From assembly GCA_963703315.1 (NCBI GenBank), contig OY969811.1, positions 3,552,001 to 3,616,000 on the forward strand: a stretch of 64,000 bases of DNA, read 5' to 3'. Under the pieces are notes generated by a model. The model was not told where the DNA came from, did no database searches, and saw only the letters and a program-made list of their open reading frames with translations. The position numbers and the translations under genes are program-made. Positions within the stretch are counted from its first letter, which is position 1; every line of letters begins with the position of its first letter. The stretch is from an uncultured cyanobacterium (GTDB taxonomy: Bacteria; Cyanobacteriota; Cyanobacteriia; Pseudanabaenales; Pseudanabaenaceae). Shown piece after piece: positions 39,341 to 49,928 of this stretch.

Positions 39341-40236
39341 TAATATCTCCTTACTATAGTTAAATGAGAATCGTTTAAATTTCCACCATTCGTCCTAGGG
39401 CAGTTTGCTCCCGTGAGAGTGCGTCAGGCAAATCATGCCTCAAGACTCAAAACGATAATTGACAGTAATCAAGACTGAAAGGCAAGCTTTGGAACTGAAA
39501 AAATGCAAAAATTTTTGGTTCTATGCGTCACTGAGTCTTAAAACTGGGTTGCCCGCAAACTGCACGGGGCGCTGCAAAAAAACGAAGAGGCAGCATCAAA
39601 AATCAAATCAGAAACTATCTCTTTATTTGGTTTGTTGATATCTAGCTCTTTGGTGGAATATTTTTTGCTTTATATAAGTTAATCCTATCAGGAATTCTTC
39701 GTGTGAAGTCCTTGAGCGATGTCTCTAATTTAAACATAAAGTGCGTATCCACATTTACTTTTTTTGAAAAAAAATTTTTAAAACAGCTCGTATTTGGCTC
39801 TAAACTTATATAAAAAATCTATATCACCCTAATAAGGTAGATATATCCTCTATCAGATATTTACAAAAAATATTTCTGAGATCGATAGCCCAAAAGCCTT
39901 TATCTATAAAGACTTTTCAAAACAATTAACAATTAATTTCTATTAAGCAATTGCATTATGTATTAATCAACTTTAGCGATCGCCTACTTGATACTGATAT
40001 AAAAACTAATATGATTGGTTAGTAATTCTAATAAGATTAAATTAGTATTAGAAATACTAATAACTCTTATATAAATAAGAAATGATTGAGTTTGATCGGT
40101 CTTTGTTGATCAATAACTGTTAATTTGATTAGAGTATTTATACTTATAGCAATCCATTGGCGATCGCAATTTATAGGGCTTTTCCAGCGATAAAATCTGT
40201 GGCATCGCCTTGGGCGATGCCACAGATTTTATATGG

Positions 40237-41010
40237 TCAGCTAGATTGTTTAGCTAGCCAGTGCAACAGGACTAGTTCTAGGCTCTGGTTATTTTTATGC
40301 ATTTCCTGCTTGACCCATTGGGCGATCGCATCAATTGGCGAAAAACTGGAACCAGCTTGCCACTTCATATCGACACCCATAGAAGTGAGGTGAGTACCTT
40401 CAAGGGTTTGCAAGTTAACGGTTTTCGGGAATTTTTGCTTAAGTAACTGGGCAAGGGTCGAAATTTCATCGATGCCATCATCCACAAACTTGACTAATAA
40501 ATTATTGGCGGTTTGGTAATTGGCAATGATTAGCTGCTCGGTTTCCTTGGGGTTAGGCGTAAATTCCATAGATGACATTTCGGGAATTGTGCCAGCGAGT
40601 TCTTTAAAAAAGGGAATTGAGCGATCGGCGCTGTAGTTGTTATAGGCAATGTAAATGTTGCCTGCACGAGCGGGTTTATAGAGGCTATTGATCAATAGAT
40701 GAATTTTGCAGCCCATGCTATGACCCATCCCAAATACAGGGAAATAATCGAGAAATAGTTTACTGCGGGCTTTGCGAAATGAGGTGTGGACTTCGCGGGC
40801 AATTTGGCGATGGTCAAAGGTGTTATTGAGAAATGGAGTAGCTACGATCGCGTAGTTATTTTTGGCAAGTTGCTCTAGCACACGACCATAGGTAACATGG
40901 GGCGCAGCCGCAAAAAATGCCCCACCGAGAAAGTGAATTACGCCTTTAGGTTTGGGTGGTGTCAACACCCAATTTTCTTCGATTTGCTTCCACTCCATCG
41001 TTTTTGCCAC
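40237..41010 (-). CDS. DUF1350 family alpha/beta hydrolase-like protein
   Basis: IHFLGGAFF, GMGHSMGCK, GTHLT. Confidence 0.8.
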   Translation of the reverse strand: MAKTMEWKQIEENWVLTPPKPKGVIHFLGGAFFAAAPHVTYGRVLEQLAKNNYAIVATPFLNNTFDHRQIAREVHTSFRKARSKLFLDYFPVFGMGHSMGCKIHLLINSLYKPARAGNIYIAYNNYSADRSIPFFKELAGTIPEMSSMEFTPNPKETEQLIIANYQTANNLLVKFVDDGIDEISTLAQLLKQKFPKTVNLQTLEGTHLTSMGVDMKWQAGSSFSPIDAIAQWVKQEMHKNNQSLELVLLHWLAKQSS

Positions 41011-41111
41011 TATTTACATTTCTTTATATTCATTCTACTGCTTAAAAAGGAGAGGCGATGCAAAGCATCGCCTCTCCTTTTTAAGCAGGACAAGGGGCTT
41101 AAGCCCCTTGT

Positions 41112-41729
41112 CTATTCGCGATTTGGTTTATCGGCGGCGCGGTTTAGTAGCACGAGTGAGGCGACTAAACCGACAAAGTGGGCAAAGATAATATTGAAAC
41201 TAGCTTGAATAATTTGAAAATCGAGGGGCTGAATTACAGAGTTAAAGCTACCTGCGCCAGGTAATATTGCTTGTCCTTGTCCTGCTCTTAGAGTTAAAGC
41301 ACCAATAATCGCAAAGGCTCCCAGTAAAGTGACAAACATCCCAATCAGATTAATAATCAATCCGATTTTGATTTGAAATATAGTTTGGCTTTTTGTTGGG
41401 CGATCGGGCGATCGCAGCTTTTTTGCCATTTGCGTATAACGATAATTCCAGAAAATACTTGCACCTAATACAGCCACACCCACCCACGCAAAGCTCAGTC
41501 CTGGTAGTGTCGCAGGACTAGTATCTAGTCCTGTGGGATTGACTACTTGACCAGCCCTAGGAAATAAGAAAAGTTGCAATAAGACAACGGATGAAACTAC
41601 GCCCAAAACAACTTGCGCCCAAAAAGCAGTCCAGCCCCAGCGCCGAAATGCTAAAACAACGCGCAACACATTGGGTGAGACATCGTTGTTATCGTCTTCA
41701 TTTTGAGCATTTTTTAGTTCTCTGGGCAT
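41112..41729 (-). CDS. DUF3611 family membrane protein (PIC1/Tic21-like)
   Basis: RRWGWTAFWAQVVLG, IQPLD, AHFVGL. Confidence 0.75.
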   Translation of the reverse strand: MPRELKNAQNEDDNNDVSPNVLRVVLAFRRWGWTAFWAQVVLGVVSSVVLLQLFLFPRAGQVVNPTGLDTSPATLPGLSFAWVGVAVLGASIFWNYRYTQMAKKLRSPDRPTKSQTIFQIKIGLIINLIGMFVTLLGAFAIIGALTLRAGQGQAILPGAGSFNSVIQPLDFQIIQASFNIIFAHFVGLVASLVLLNRAADKPNRE

Positions 41730-41822
41730 TTTTTTAGTGGGGCTGCTTATAAAACCAGTAAATACTATAGCGTTTTCCGCTTTCTTCCAAAAAAGTAATC
41801 AGGGTGCAAAGCCCCCTAACTA

Positions 41823-42470
41823 CTAACAATATTTTGAGACATCTTCGCCTTTGTCAGCGAGATAACTGAGCGATCGAAAACGTAATCCCACCAGTTGATC
41901 ATATAGCGGATTAATTTCACACATGGCGGGAATGTGCATGATTTTGCGCCCAAACAAGACGATATCGCGCTCAAACGGACATTGAGCGGGTACAACTTTA
42001 CAAATTAGGTTCGCCAGTCGGGAATCATGGATATCCATGTGATCGAGCCATTCCTTGACAGGCTCTAACAGGTCAGGATGATGCTCTTCATGGTGTGAGG
42101 CTGATTCTAGTTTGATCCGTAATTCATTGATTGGAGTTATTTCTTGATCAAGGGCTGTACAAAATTCTTGAATGATGTGATCTTCTGTGTCTGTATATTT
42201 GCCATCGGCAAGTGCCATCATCACTGCCATTCGCAAAAAGTTCTGCCCGACGGCGCGATCGCTACCTAATGCCTCAGCTAACTCTTGGGCGCTAATCGGT
42301 TCAAAGCTAGAAATTGTAACTTCTTCCCCCCAGTCATCGCTATGACTAATTTGATCGAAGAGGGTACGCTCTTGGTCACTGTAATCATTGTCGGCGAGGG
42401 CAACGCTCATAAGCCCCCGTAACCAAGCTGAAATCTGTGCTTGTGTATAGGTCGGATGATCTGTTTTCAT
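41823..42470 (-). CDS. TerB-like N-domain plus Mo-dependent nitrogenase C-terminal-like domain protein
   Basis: MALADGKY; VPAQCPFERD, CEINPLYDQLVGLRFR. Confidence 0.8.
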   Translation of the reverse strand: MKTDHPTYTQAQISAWLRGLMSVALADNDYSDQERTLFDQISHSDDWGEEVTISSFEPISAQELAEALGSDRAVGQNFLRMAVMMALADGKYTDTEDHIIQEFCTALDQEITPINELRIKLESASHHEEHHPDLLEPVKEWLDHMDIHDSRLANLICKVVPAQCPFERDIVLFGRKIMHIPAMCEINPLYDQLVGLRFRSLSYLADKGEDVSKYC

Positions 42471-42576
42471 AACAAGTCAGTCTACAGGTTGACTAAATCA
42501 TAGATTGCTTTGTCTTGAATTAGTGCAGTGACACCCTTAAAGAATGTTTAACAATTGTTATATAGCAAAAACATAG

Positions 42577-42696
42577 CCAAAAGTTTGACGCACGCTGCGC
42601 GTGCGTCAAACTTTTGGGATTTTATATTTAATGCATTTCACAGTTTAGTGAAGTATGGGATTTTTTTCCCGCCGAAGGCGGGAAAAAAATCCCATA
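42577..42696. repeat. Two REP-like palindromes
   Basis: ccaaaagtttgacgcacgc-tgc-gcgtgcgtcaaacttttgg; tatgggatttttttcccgcc-gaa-ggcgggaaaaaaatcccata. Confidence 0.75.
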
Positions 42697-42701
42697 GCTA
42701 T

Positions 42702-43235
42702 TTACATATTGGGAGAATACTGATTAGTTTGCTTAAATTTGCGTCGAACATAACGCAAGAAAGTCAACCATTTTTGAGCAGGATAATCATAAAATGAGAA
42801 AATATCACCAAAGGCGGCAAAGGCATTTTGATGGTGTAGCCAATGTCTTTCGGGAGTAGTGATAAAGAAGAAATCACAAAGATATCTAATAGGTTCTGGG
42901 GTTTTCCATTCAAGGATCGAGACGTGTCGCCACACTACATGAAACTCACCAAATAAAAGACCAATAACCGTGCCTACAGGCGACAATTGCCATAGCCAAG
43001 GCGTGAATATGAAATAAGGAACTGCTCCTAAAATACCATCTAGCAAAACGAGAGGGTTTCTGGTAAGAACTGCATAGTGCAGAAAGCTACGATTTTTACC
43101 ATGATGCACAATCGTATGAAACTTACCAAATACGTGTTCAGGAACATGGTACAAAAATGTTGAAAAGAAGTCTCCGATCAGCAGCAATAGTGCTACTGCT
43201 GTAATTGCTTTGACTAATTCTAAAATAACTTCCAA
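42702..43235 (-). CDS. Fatty acid hydroxylase / sterol desaturase family protein
   Basis: His boxes HVPEH, HTIVHH, HVVWRH, HWLHH. Confidence 0.75.
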   Translation of the reverse strand: MEVILELVKAITAVALLLLIGDFFSTFLYHVPEHVFGKFHTIVHHGKNRSFLHYAVLTRNPLVLLDGILGAVPYFIFTPWLWQLSPVGTVIGLLFGEFHVVWRHVSILEWKTPEPIRYLCDFFFITTPERHWLHHQNAFAAFGDIFSFYDYPAQKWLTFLRYVRRKFKQTNQYSPNM

Positions 43236-43379
43236 AGTACATCCTCACAACTTAACTTAAGATTAAGAGATGAAGTTAAAGCTAGGTTTATATTCAGGTT
43301 AAAAATAGAAGTAGTAATTTGAAATATGGCTTTTGCCATTTGATAAGTAGCTAGGCATAAGAAAACTCAAAATAGGAAG

Positions 43380-43480
43380 TAAGTAGCTGGGCATTAAAAC
43401 CCATAGCCAAAACCTGTGACGCACGCGCAGCGTGCGCCACAGGTTTTTGGGTTTTATATTTAATTGCGCCCACCTACTTA
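43380..43480. mobile_element. MITE with TAAGTAG(C/G)TGGGC ends enclosing a GCACGC palindrome
   Basis: taagtagctgggca...gcccacctactta; extra left end at 43344. Confidence 0.6.
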
Positions 43481-43518
43481 TTAGGACACAAAACTGGAGA
43501 CAGCTATAAATCTAGTTT

Positions 43519-43950
43519 TTAATCTTGCGATGAAGTTTTCGCTAGGCGATCGCTTAAAAAGCGATACCAGTCTGAAGCGATACTGGTATCTGTAAATCGA
43601 ATACTAGGCATTTCACCAGTTTTTAGAACTAATTCCAATGAGATTTTTTTAGCATTTATCGGAAATTCAGCATCTTTTTCATCAAAAAACTTACTGTCAA
43701 TCCGAAATCTAATCCGAGAAATTTCTTGAAAAGTGACGGTCTGAAGATCTTGCGGAGCTTTGCGGGTTGGCTTTCCCCATGTGAGGCGATCGCCTTGTTG
43801 ACCTAATACAGCATAAATATCATATTTATGACGCTCAAATTGTGCCGCCCACTTTTTATAGGACTCAATTTTTTGGTATTCATTCCAACCAGACCATGCT
43901 AGCCAAAAGAAAACCACCAATAAAGGCAACCACAATAATCCACGTTCCAT
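43519..43950 (-). CDS. Conserved cyanobacterial protein with N-terminal TM
   Basis: MERGLLWLPLL..GWNEYQK..KYDIYAVLG..LTWGKPTR. Confidence 0.65.
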   Translation of the reverse strand: MERGLLWLPLLVVFFWLAWSGWNEYQKIESYKKWAAQFERHKYDIYAVLGQQGDRLTWGKPTRKAPQDLQTVTFQEISRIRFRIDSKFFDEKDAEFPINAKKISLELVLKTGEMPSIRFTDTSIASDWYRFLSDRLAKTSSQD

Positions 43951-44019
43951 AGATTAAAAATTTAGTTTATGTATTAAAAAAGTCTACCCCGCAAAGCAGG
44001 GTAAACTTTTTGTTAATTA

Positions 44020-44093
44020 CGAGTATGGAGGGACTCGAACCCCCGACCCTCAGAACCGGAATCTGATGCTCTATCCAACTGAGCTACATACCC
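44020..44093 (-). tRNA. tRNA-Arg(CCG)
   Basis: GGGTATGTAGCTCAGTTGGATAGAGCATCAGATTCCGGTTCTGAGGGTCGGGGGTTCGAGTCCCTCCATACTCG. Confidence 0.95.
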
Positions 44094-44158
44094 ATACTCA
44101 AAGCAATCATACCATAGCAAAAGGTTAAGGGCTACTTATCAGCAAATAGCGATCGCCT

Positions 44159-44659
44159 TTACTGTAAATGTAATAGCGAAAGTTGATAGTAACTTTCGGC
44201 ATGGGCGATCGCCTGTTGTTGTTCTTCTTCTGAAAGCTCGCGCATCACTTTCGCAGGGACACCTGCCACCACCACACCAGCAGGTACATCTTTAGTCACC
44301 ACTGCCCCCGCACCAACAATACTCCCTGCGCCAATCTTTACCCCTTCTAATAGAATTGCTCCCATCCCAATTAGAGAGCCACGTCCAATTTCGGCACAGT
44401 GAATCACTGCTCGATGTCCAATTGTCACATATTCACCAATGGTTAAAGGCTGGTCTGGATCACCATGCAAGATTGCCCCATCCTGAATATTTGTGCAGTA
44501 ACCAATTTCCATGCGATTGACATCGGCTCTGATCACCACTTTGTACCAGATATTCACACGTTCAGCGAGATGCACATCGCCCATCACTACCGCATCCTTA
44601 GCGATAAATGCAGCACGAGAGAGATCAGGAGTAGGTAGTTGCGAGTAAGGGAGACGCAT
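44159..44659 (-). CDS. Gamma carbonic anhydrase family (hexapeptide repeat) protein
   Basis: [31 protein letters not shown]. Confidence 0.88.
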   Translation of the reverse strand: MRLPYSQLPTPDLSRAAFIAKDAVVMGDVHLAERVNIWYKVVIRADVNRMEIGYCTNIQDGAILHGDPDQPLTIGEYVTIGHRAVIHCAEIGRGSLIGMGAILLEGVKIGAGSIVGAGAVVTKDVPAGVVVAGVPAKVMRELSEEEQQQAIAHAESYYQLSLLHLQ

Positions 44660-44732
44660 ATTGTAATCATTATTATAGAAGAGCGCTAAGCGCTCTTCTA
44701 TAATAATCAGTAATTCTGCCAGCTAATCACCT

Positions 44733-46535
44733 ATGTCCCAATCTCCTGCTTTAGCCCAAGCTCCAGTACAGACTGAAGATTTATTGCTTTCGGTGCATAA
44801 CTTACAGGTTAGTTTTCGTGGCGATGAAGGTATTGTCCATGCTGTTAAAAATATTTCTTTTGATTTGGCTCAAGGTCAGACTCTAGGCATTGTTGGTGAA
44901 TCTGGCTCTGGCAAGTCGGCAACGGCTTTAGCAATCATGGGTTTGTTGGGAGAATCTGGCAAAATTACGAATGGGGAAGTGATTTTTCGCCCCAGTGGCG
45001 AAGTACCGCTTGATCTGGTGCGCGTGTCACAACAGAAAATGCTGAAATATCGTGGCGATCGCATGGCAATGGTATTTCAGGAACCAATGACCTCACTCAA
45101 TCCCTTATTTACCTGTGGCTATCAGGTCATCGAAGCCATTCGCTTACATCAACAGGTTTCACCGCAGGAAGCGGAGACACGCACGATTCGGCTATTTGAG
45201 GAGGTGCAGTTACCTAATCCTGAGCAATTAATCGAACGCTATCCCCATGAGCTTTCGGGTGGACAATTGCAACGGGTGATGATTGCGATGGCGATTTCTT
45301 GCAATCCGCAGTTGATTATTGCCGATGAACCAACAACGGCGCTAGATGTGACTGTCCAAGCGACAATTTTGGAACTGCTCAAAGAAATTCAGCGATCGCG
45401 TCAGATGTCGATGATTTTTATTACGCATGACTTGGGGATTTTGGCAGCAATTGCGGATCAGGCGATCGTTATGAATCAAGGGGAAGTGGTGGAATCTGGC
45501 GCGACCAAGGATATCTTCCAAAATCCTCAACATCCTTATACTAAGGGTTTAATTGCTTGCCGTCCGCAACCCGATCGCCAATTGCGACTATTGCCAACGG
45601 TGAGCGACTTTATGGAAGTCCAAAATGGACAGATGGTGGAAAAGGAACCGAGTGATCCTCGTTATATGGAAGTTATCCCTCCTGAAGAAACGGCGGCACG
45701 TTTGGAGGAATTGCAAAAACAAGAGCCAATTCTTTCTGTTCAGAATCTGAGAATTGAGTTCCCTATTCGCAGCGTTTTAGGACTAAAAAAGCGCTATCTC
45801 GTGGCTGTCAATAACATTAGTTTTGATGTCTATCGCGGTGAAACTCTGGGACTGGTGGGCGAGTCTGGCTGTGGAAAAACCACTACGGGCAGAGCGATTT
45901 TGGGCTTAACTAAGGGTGTGATGGGTTCCGTTAAATTTGAAGGTCAACAAATCTCTAATCTCAAAGGAGAAGCCTTACAAAGGTTACGCTGCGATCTGCA
46001 AGTTGTCTTTCAAGATCCTTACGGCTCTCTCAATCCGCGTATGTCTGTGGGAGATGCGATCGCGGAACCATTAATCGTCCATAGTCATCAAGAACGTTTT
46101 GATCGTTATCATAAAGCTGACGCGAGAAGAGAGAGAGTTGCCTATTTACTGGAGCGTGTGGGTTTAACTAAGAGTGCGATGCGGCGCTATCCCCATGAGT
46201 TTTCGGGTGGTCAACGTCAGCGTATTTGTATCGCTAGAGCTTTAGCTCTCAATCCTAAGTTAATCATTGCTGATGAGCCTGTCTCTGCGCTGGATGTATC
46301 GGTACAGGCGCAAGTTCTCAATCTCTTAAAGGAACTTCAAGCGGAGTTTGGATTGACTTATATTTTCATTTCCCATGATCTTGGTGTGGTGAAGTTTATG
46401 AGCGATCGCATTATGGTGATGAACAAGGGCGAAATTGTGGAGCTAGACACTGCTGAGTCGATCTACACTAATCCTCAACAGCCTTATACGCAAAAGTTGA
46501 TTAGCGCTATTCCTAAAGCTTTAGTTTTTAATTAG
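44733..46535 (+). CDS. Peptide/nickel ABC transporter, fused double ATP-binding protein
   Basis: Two NBDs: GESGSGKS and [16 protein letters not shown] and YPHEFSGG. Confidence 0.92.
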   Translation: MSQSPALAQAPVQTEDLLLSVHNLQVSFRGDEGIVHAVKNISFDLAQGQTLGIVGESGSGKSATALAIMGLLGESGKITNGEVIFRPSGEVPLDLVRVSQQKMLKYRGDRMAMVFQEPMTSLNPLFTCGYQVIEAIRLHQQVSPQEAETRTIRLFEEVQLPNPEQLIERYPHELSGGQLQRVMIAMAISCNPQLIIADEPTTALDVTVQATILELLKEIQRSRQMSMIFITHDLGILAAIADQAIVMNQGEVVESGATKDIFQNPQHPYTKGLIACRPQPDRQLRLLPTVSDFMEVQNGQMVEKEPSDPRYMEVIPPEETAARLEELQKQEPILSVQNLRIEFPIRSVLGLKKRYLVAVNNISFDVYRGETLGLVGESGCGKTTTGRAILGLTKGVMGSVKFEGQQISNLKGEALQRLRCDLQVVFQDPYGSLNPRMSVGDAIAEPLIVHSHQERFDRYHKADARRERVAYLLERVGLTKSAMRRYPHEFSGGQRQRICIARALALNPKLIIADEPVSALDVSVQAQVLNLLKELQAEFGLTYIFISHDLGVVKFMSDRIMVMNKGEIVELDTAESIYTNPQQPYTQKLISAIPKALVFN

Positions 46536-48393
46536 GGTTTTTCCACAACTTAGTCCAAAGGCGATAAAACCAATCAAAGATTTTCTGAAAGAGATTTTTA
46601 CGGCGGAGACGTTTGCGAGGTGTGGGTTTAGGATCTGGCATCGATTTCTTATACCAGTCTGGCAACTCTTCTGGTTCATCCTTAATTTGGAAACGCTTAG
46701 GTTCTTTGGCGACAGTTTCTAAAGGTGCAAAGGATTTACTTGAGTTCTTAATCTCATGATAAAGTCCCAATTCTTCATATATCTTTCTTGAAGCATTGAA
46801 AGCCTCTATGGACTCACCCCTACGACCTAATGCTTTGAGGGCAATTCCTAAGTTATAAATAGAGTCTGCTTCATGATTGCGATCACCGATTTCTCTTCTG
46901 ATTTCTAGAGACTGGCGATGAAACTGAATTGCTTGCTGGTATTGACCTAGTGAATAGTAAGCATTTCCTAAACCAGTAAGAGAAACTGCTTCACCATTAC
47001 GATCACCAATTTCTCTACAAATTGCCAGAGACTGCTGATAAAAATTAATCGCTTGCTGGTACTGTCCTAAATTTCGGTAAGCTTCACCTAGATTATTGAA
47101 AGAGCCTGCTTCAACACATAGATTGCCTATTTCTCTAGCAATTTCTAGAGACTGCTGATGGAACTGAATTGCTTGCTGGTACTGCTCTAGTGAATTGTAA
47201 GCAAGTCCTATATTACCAAGAGAATTTGCTTCACCGTCAAGATTTCCTATTTCTCTAACAATTTCTAGAGACTGCTGATGGAAATGAATTGCTTGCTGGT
47301 ACTGCCCTAATAATTTATAAGCAACGCCTAGATTGCCAAGAGAAGCTGCTTCACTATTGCGATCATCTATTTCTCTAAAAATTTTCAGAGCCTGCTCATA
47401 AAATTGAATAGCTTGCTGGTACTGACTTATTGAACAGTAGGCATTGCCTAGATTGCCAAGAGAAGCTGCTTCACCATTGCGATCATCTATTTCTCTTTTA
47501 ATCTCCAGAGATTGCTGATGAAACTGAATTGCTTGCTGGTACTGACTTATTGAATAGTAAGCATTGCCTAACCAATTGAGAGATATTGCTTCACCCTTAC
47601 GGTTCGACATTTTTCGGGATATTTCTAATGCTTGTTGAAAAAATTCAATAGCTTGATTAAACTCACTCAAACTATAGTAAGCAGTCCCTAATTCATTCAA
47701 AATATTAATCTGACTTGCAACATTGCGATTTGATTCTGGATCGGAACCAGATGGATTAACCTCCATTAATAACCGATGCAATAGATCAATGCGTTCTTGC
47801 TTTTCAGGTTTGATATAACTACCTTGAATACGACCATCAAATATTTTCGCTACAGCAAACTCCCTTGCTTCCTGCGTAGTCTGAAACTTAAATACCCCCG
47901 ATCGCCATGCCCAAAAATCCCCTGCAAACTGAGCGAACCGAGTAATCGCATAGTCAGGCAACACAAACAGCACAGGATACGGCACATTCTTGATATAGGC
48001 ATCCCGCACAAAATTGAGATCCACCAAAAACCTAGGATAGTCACCCACTACTGCGATCGCATTTTCCAAACCCCGCAACACCAAGATTAACTTCTTCCCT
48101 TCCTGTCGAGGCAACACCGCCAAGCGCGGCATCAACTCATCCAACAAATACCGCAACTCAGGATCATTAAACTCCCAATCCACAATCTGCAACTCTGCCC
48201 ACTCAGGATCAGCCGCAATCTCCTCATTCAGCGCCGCCACCAACGCCACCCCATCCTGCCAAAAATTACATTCTGCCAGCGCGATCGTAAACCCATCCGA
48301 CAAATCCAACAAAGACAACAATTCCTGAATCTCTTGACGATTCAGCACCGCAAAATCCGGCTTATTGTCATTCTCGTCATCAAAATCATTCAT
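46528..48393 (-). CDS. TPR protein with N-terminal degenerate NTPase-like domain
   Basis: LVLRGLE, LNFVRD, GDFWAWRSGVF; about 8 repeats of 40 aa (120-bp DNA period). Confidence 0.8.
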   Translation of the reverse strand: MNDFDDENDNKPDFAVLNRQEIQELLSLLDLSDGFTIALAECNFWQDGVALVAALNEEIAADPEWAELQIVDWEFNDPELRYLLDELMPRLAVLPRQEGKKLILVLRGLENAIAVVGDYPRFLVDLNFVRDAYIKNVPYPVLFVLPDYAITRFAQFAGDFWAWRSGVFKFQTTQEAREFAVAKIFDGRIQGSYIKPEKQERIDLLHRLLMEVNPSGSDPESNRNVASQINILNELGTAYYSLSEFNQAIEFFQQALEISRKMSNRKGEAISLNWLGNAYYSISQYQQAIQFHQQSLEIKREIDDRNGEAASLGNLGNAYCSISQYQQAIQFYEQALKIFREIDDRNSEAASLGNLGVAYKLLGQYQQAIHFHQQSLEIVREIGNLDGEANSLGNIGLAYNSLEQYQQAIQFHQQSLEIAREIGNLCVEAGSFNNLGEAYRNLGQYQQAINFYQQSLAICREIGDRNGEAVSLTGLGNAYYSLGQYQQAIQFHRQSLEIRREIGDRNHEADSIYNLGIALKALGRRGESIEAFNASRKIYEELGLYHEIKNSSKSFAPLETVAKEPKRFQIKDEPEELPDWYKKSMPDPKPTPRKRLRRKNLFQKIFDWFYRLWTKLWKNPN

Positions 48394-48414
48394 AGTTTAA
48401 TCCTAACAATCTAC

Positions 48415-49806
48415 TTACTGCGGATTCTTAGATCGATAACTCTCTAATGCCCTCGAAAACAAACGGCTTCTAATAATCACTGGATTCAAATAATTCCAAC
48501 GATTCAGACCGTTATATTCTAATACTGAAATATTTGACAGCATCGCCTGTCCAATGTCATCCCTTGGAGCATTTTTACTTAAATAAACCTTTGCCAAAAC
48601 TGGATAATGCTCATCAGGAATCACCCGTTCAAAATTGAACTGCTCTTGATTAATCGCATAATTAATATGCTCATCATTCACCTTACTTGCCCGACTCGTC
48701 CTCGCATTTTGAATTGCCCCTCGCACCATTTGCATCATCTGCCGTACATGACCACCACTATATTTTGCTAGCTCAACTAGCCCCTGCCGCGACTCAAAAA
48801 TTGCATCAACATCAACCCGCTTTTCGATCAAACTCACCACCGCATTTAATCCCTTATTGCTATACGGCGGCTCTTGATCACTGGGAACTAGAGGATCATA
48901 GTCGTAAATATTAATCATCGGAATGATGTTGTACTTTGCAAACGCATTATTAATATTTTTGGAAGAATAAACTACAGAAATCGGTACAGTATAAACAATC
49001 GTGCAATGTAAATCCTTGAGTTGAGCAGCATAATCAAAAAACAAATGATTTGCCACATTCACAGGACAACGATCTAAATTATCAAAAATAATTAAAAATC
49101 CCTTGCATTTAGGGAATTTTCGTTGCCACTTTTTTAACCCATCATCTAACAACAAATTTATATCTGTTTTCAATCGCGAAACATCTTTAAGCAAAGTTTG
49201 GCGCACCGTCTTTTTGCCCTGATGAGAAGCTTTCACTTGTCCTAATAACTTCACTACTAGCTTTGCTAAAAATGGTGGCGCGATCGCAATAATTCCTTCC
49301 AATGGATTCTTGCTACTCAGAGTTACTTCCCCTTCAATTGCGATCGATTTATCAACCGATTCTACGGTTTCATTCGTAATCTCTTTAAACCATTGCTCAA
49401 AATTTGCCAGCAATCCAGCATCAAAACTCAACCCGTTACGCCGTAATTCAAATTCCACCCACTTGATTACGATTAAATAGATATCCGTATATTCGGCATC
49501 ATTAATGTCTGTCTCCAGCATCGCATCAACATAAATGACCTTATATTCGTCTCCCCATTGATTCTGAATTTGACGTAATTCCGTACTTTTGCCACAACCT
49601 TTATGACCAGTAAACAAAATCGTACTAAATTCCGATGCTTCCTGATCCTCTAAAACCAAGCTGATCTCACCGATCGCATTAGTCTTGCGTGTTTCTGACA
49701 GATCTACATAATAGCGCTCTAGCAATTCATCCTGAAGCGGAACCACATCACATACACGATAGGCATCCTTGAGATTGTCGGCTAGTGGGTAAGATGAAGT
49801 TGTCAT
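48415..49806 (-). CDS. P-loop ATPase (AAA+/STAND-like)
   Basis: FTGHKGCGKSTEL, IIFDNLDR, SGGHVRQ; start at MTTSS. Confidence 0.82.
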   Translation of the reverse strand: MTTSSYPLADNLKDAYRVCDVVPLQDELLERYYVDLSETRKTNAIGEISLVLEDQEASEFSTILFTGHKGCGKSTELRQIQNQWGDEYKVIYVDAMLETDINDAEYTDIYLIVIKWVEFELRRNGLSFDAGLLANFEQWFKEITNETVESVDKSIAIEGEVTLSSKNPLEGIIAIAPPFLAKLVVKLLGQVKASHQGKKTVRQTLLKDVSRLKTDINLLLDDGLKKWQRKFPKCKGFLIIFDNLDRCPVNVANHLFFDYAAQLKDLHCTIVYTVPISVVYSSKNINNAFAKYNIIPMINIYDYDPLVPSDQEPPYSNKGLNAVVSLIEKRVDVDAIFESRQGLVELAKYSGGHVRQMMQMVRGAIQNARTSRASKVNDEHINYAINQEQFNFERVIPDEHYPVLAKVYLSKNAPRDDIGQAMLSNISVLEYNGLNRWNYLNPVIIRSRLFSRALESYRSKNPQ

Positions 49807-49859
49807 AGGTTTCTGAGATTTGTGACAAGGCGATCGCAACAGGTAGCCTTCAAATTATA

Positions 49860-49916
49860 AAGCTTACACAAAAAACAAAACGTAGGGACAATTTATGAAT
49901 TGCCCCTACGTTTTGT
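49860..49916. mobile_element. MITE/REP remnant with GTAGGGGCAATTCATGAATTGCCCCTAC-type core
   Basis: gcttacaca...acaaaacgtagggacaatttatgaattgcccctacgttttgt. Confidence 0.65.
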
Positions 49917-49928
49917 TCTATCAGGAAT

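Noticed and set aside
41823..42470. Evidence for nitrogen fixation
   Set aside because: The Mo-dependent nitrogenase C-terminal-like domain is common in non-diazotrophic cyanobacteria, and no nif genes are in the window.
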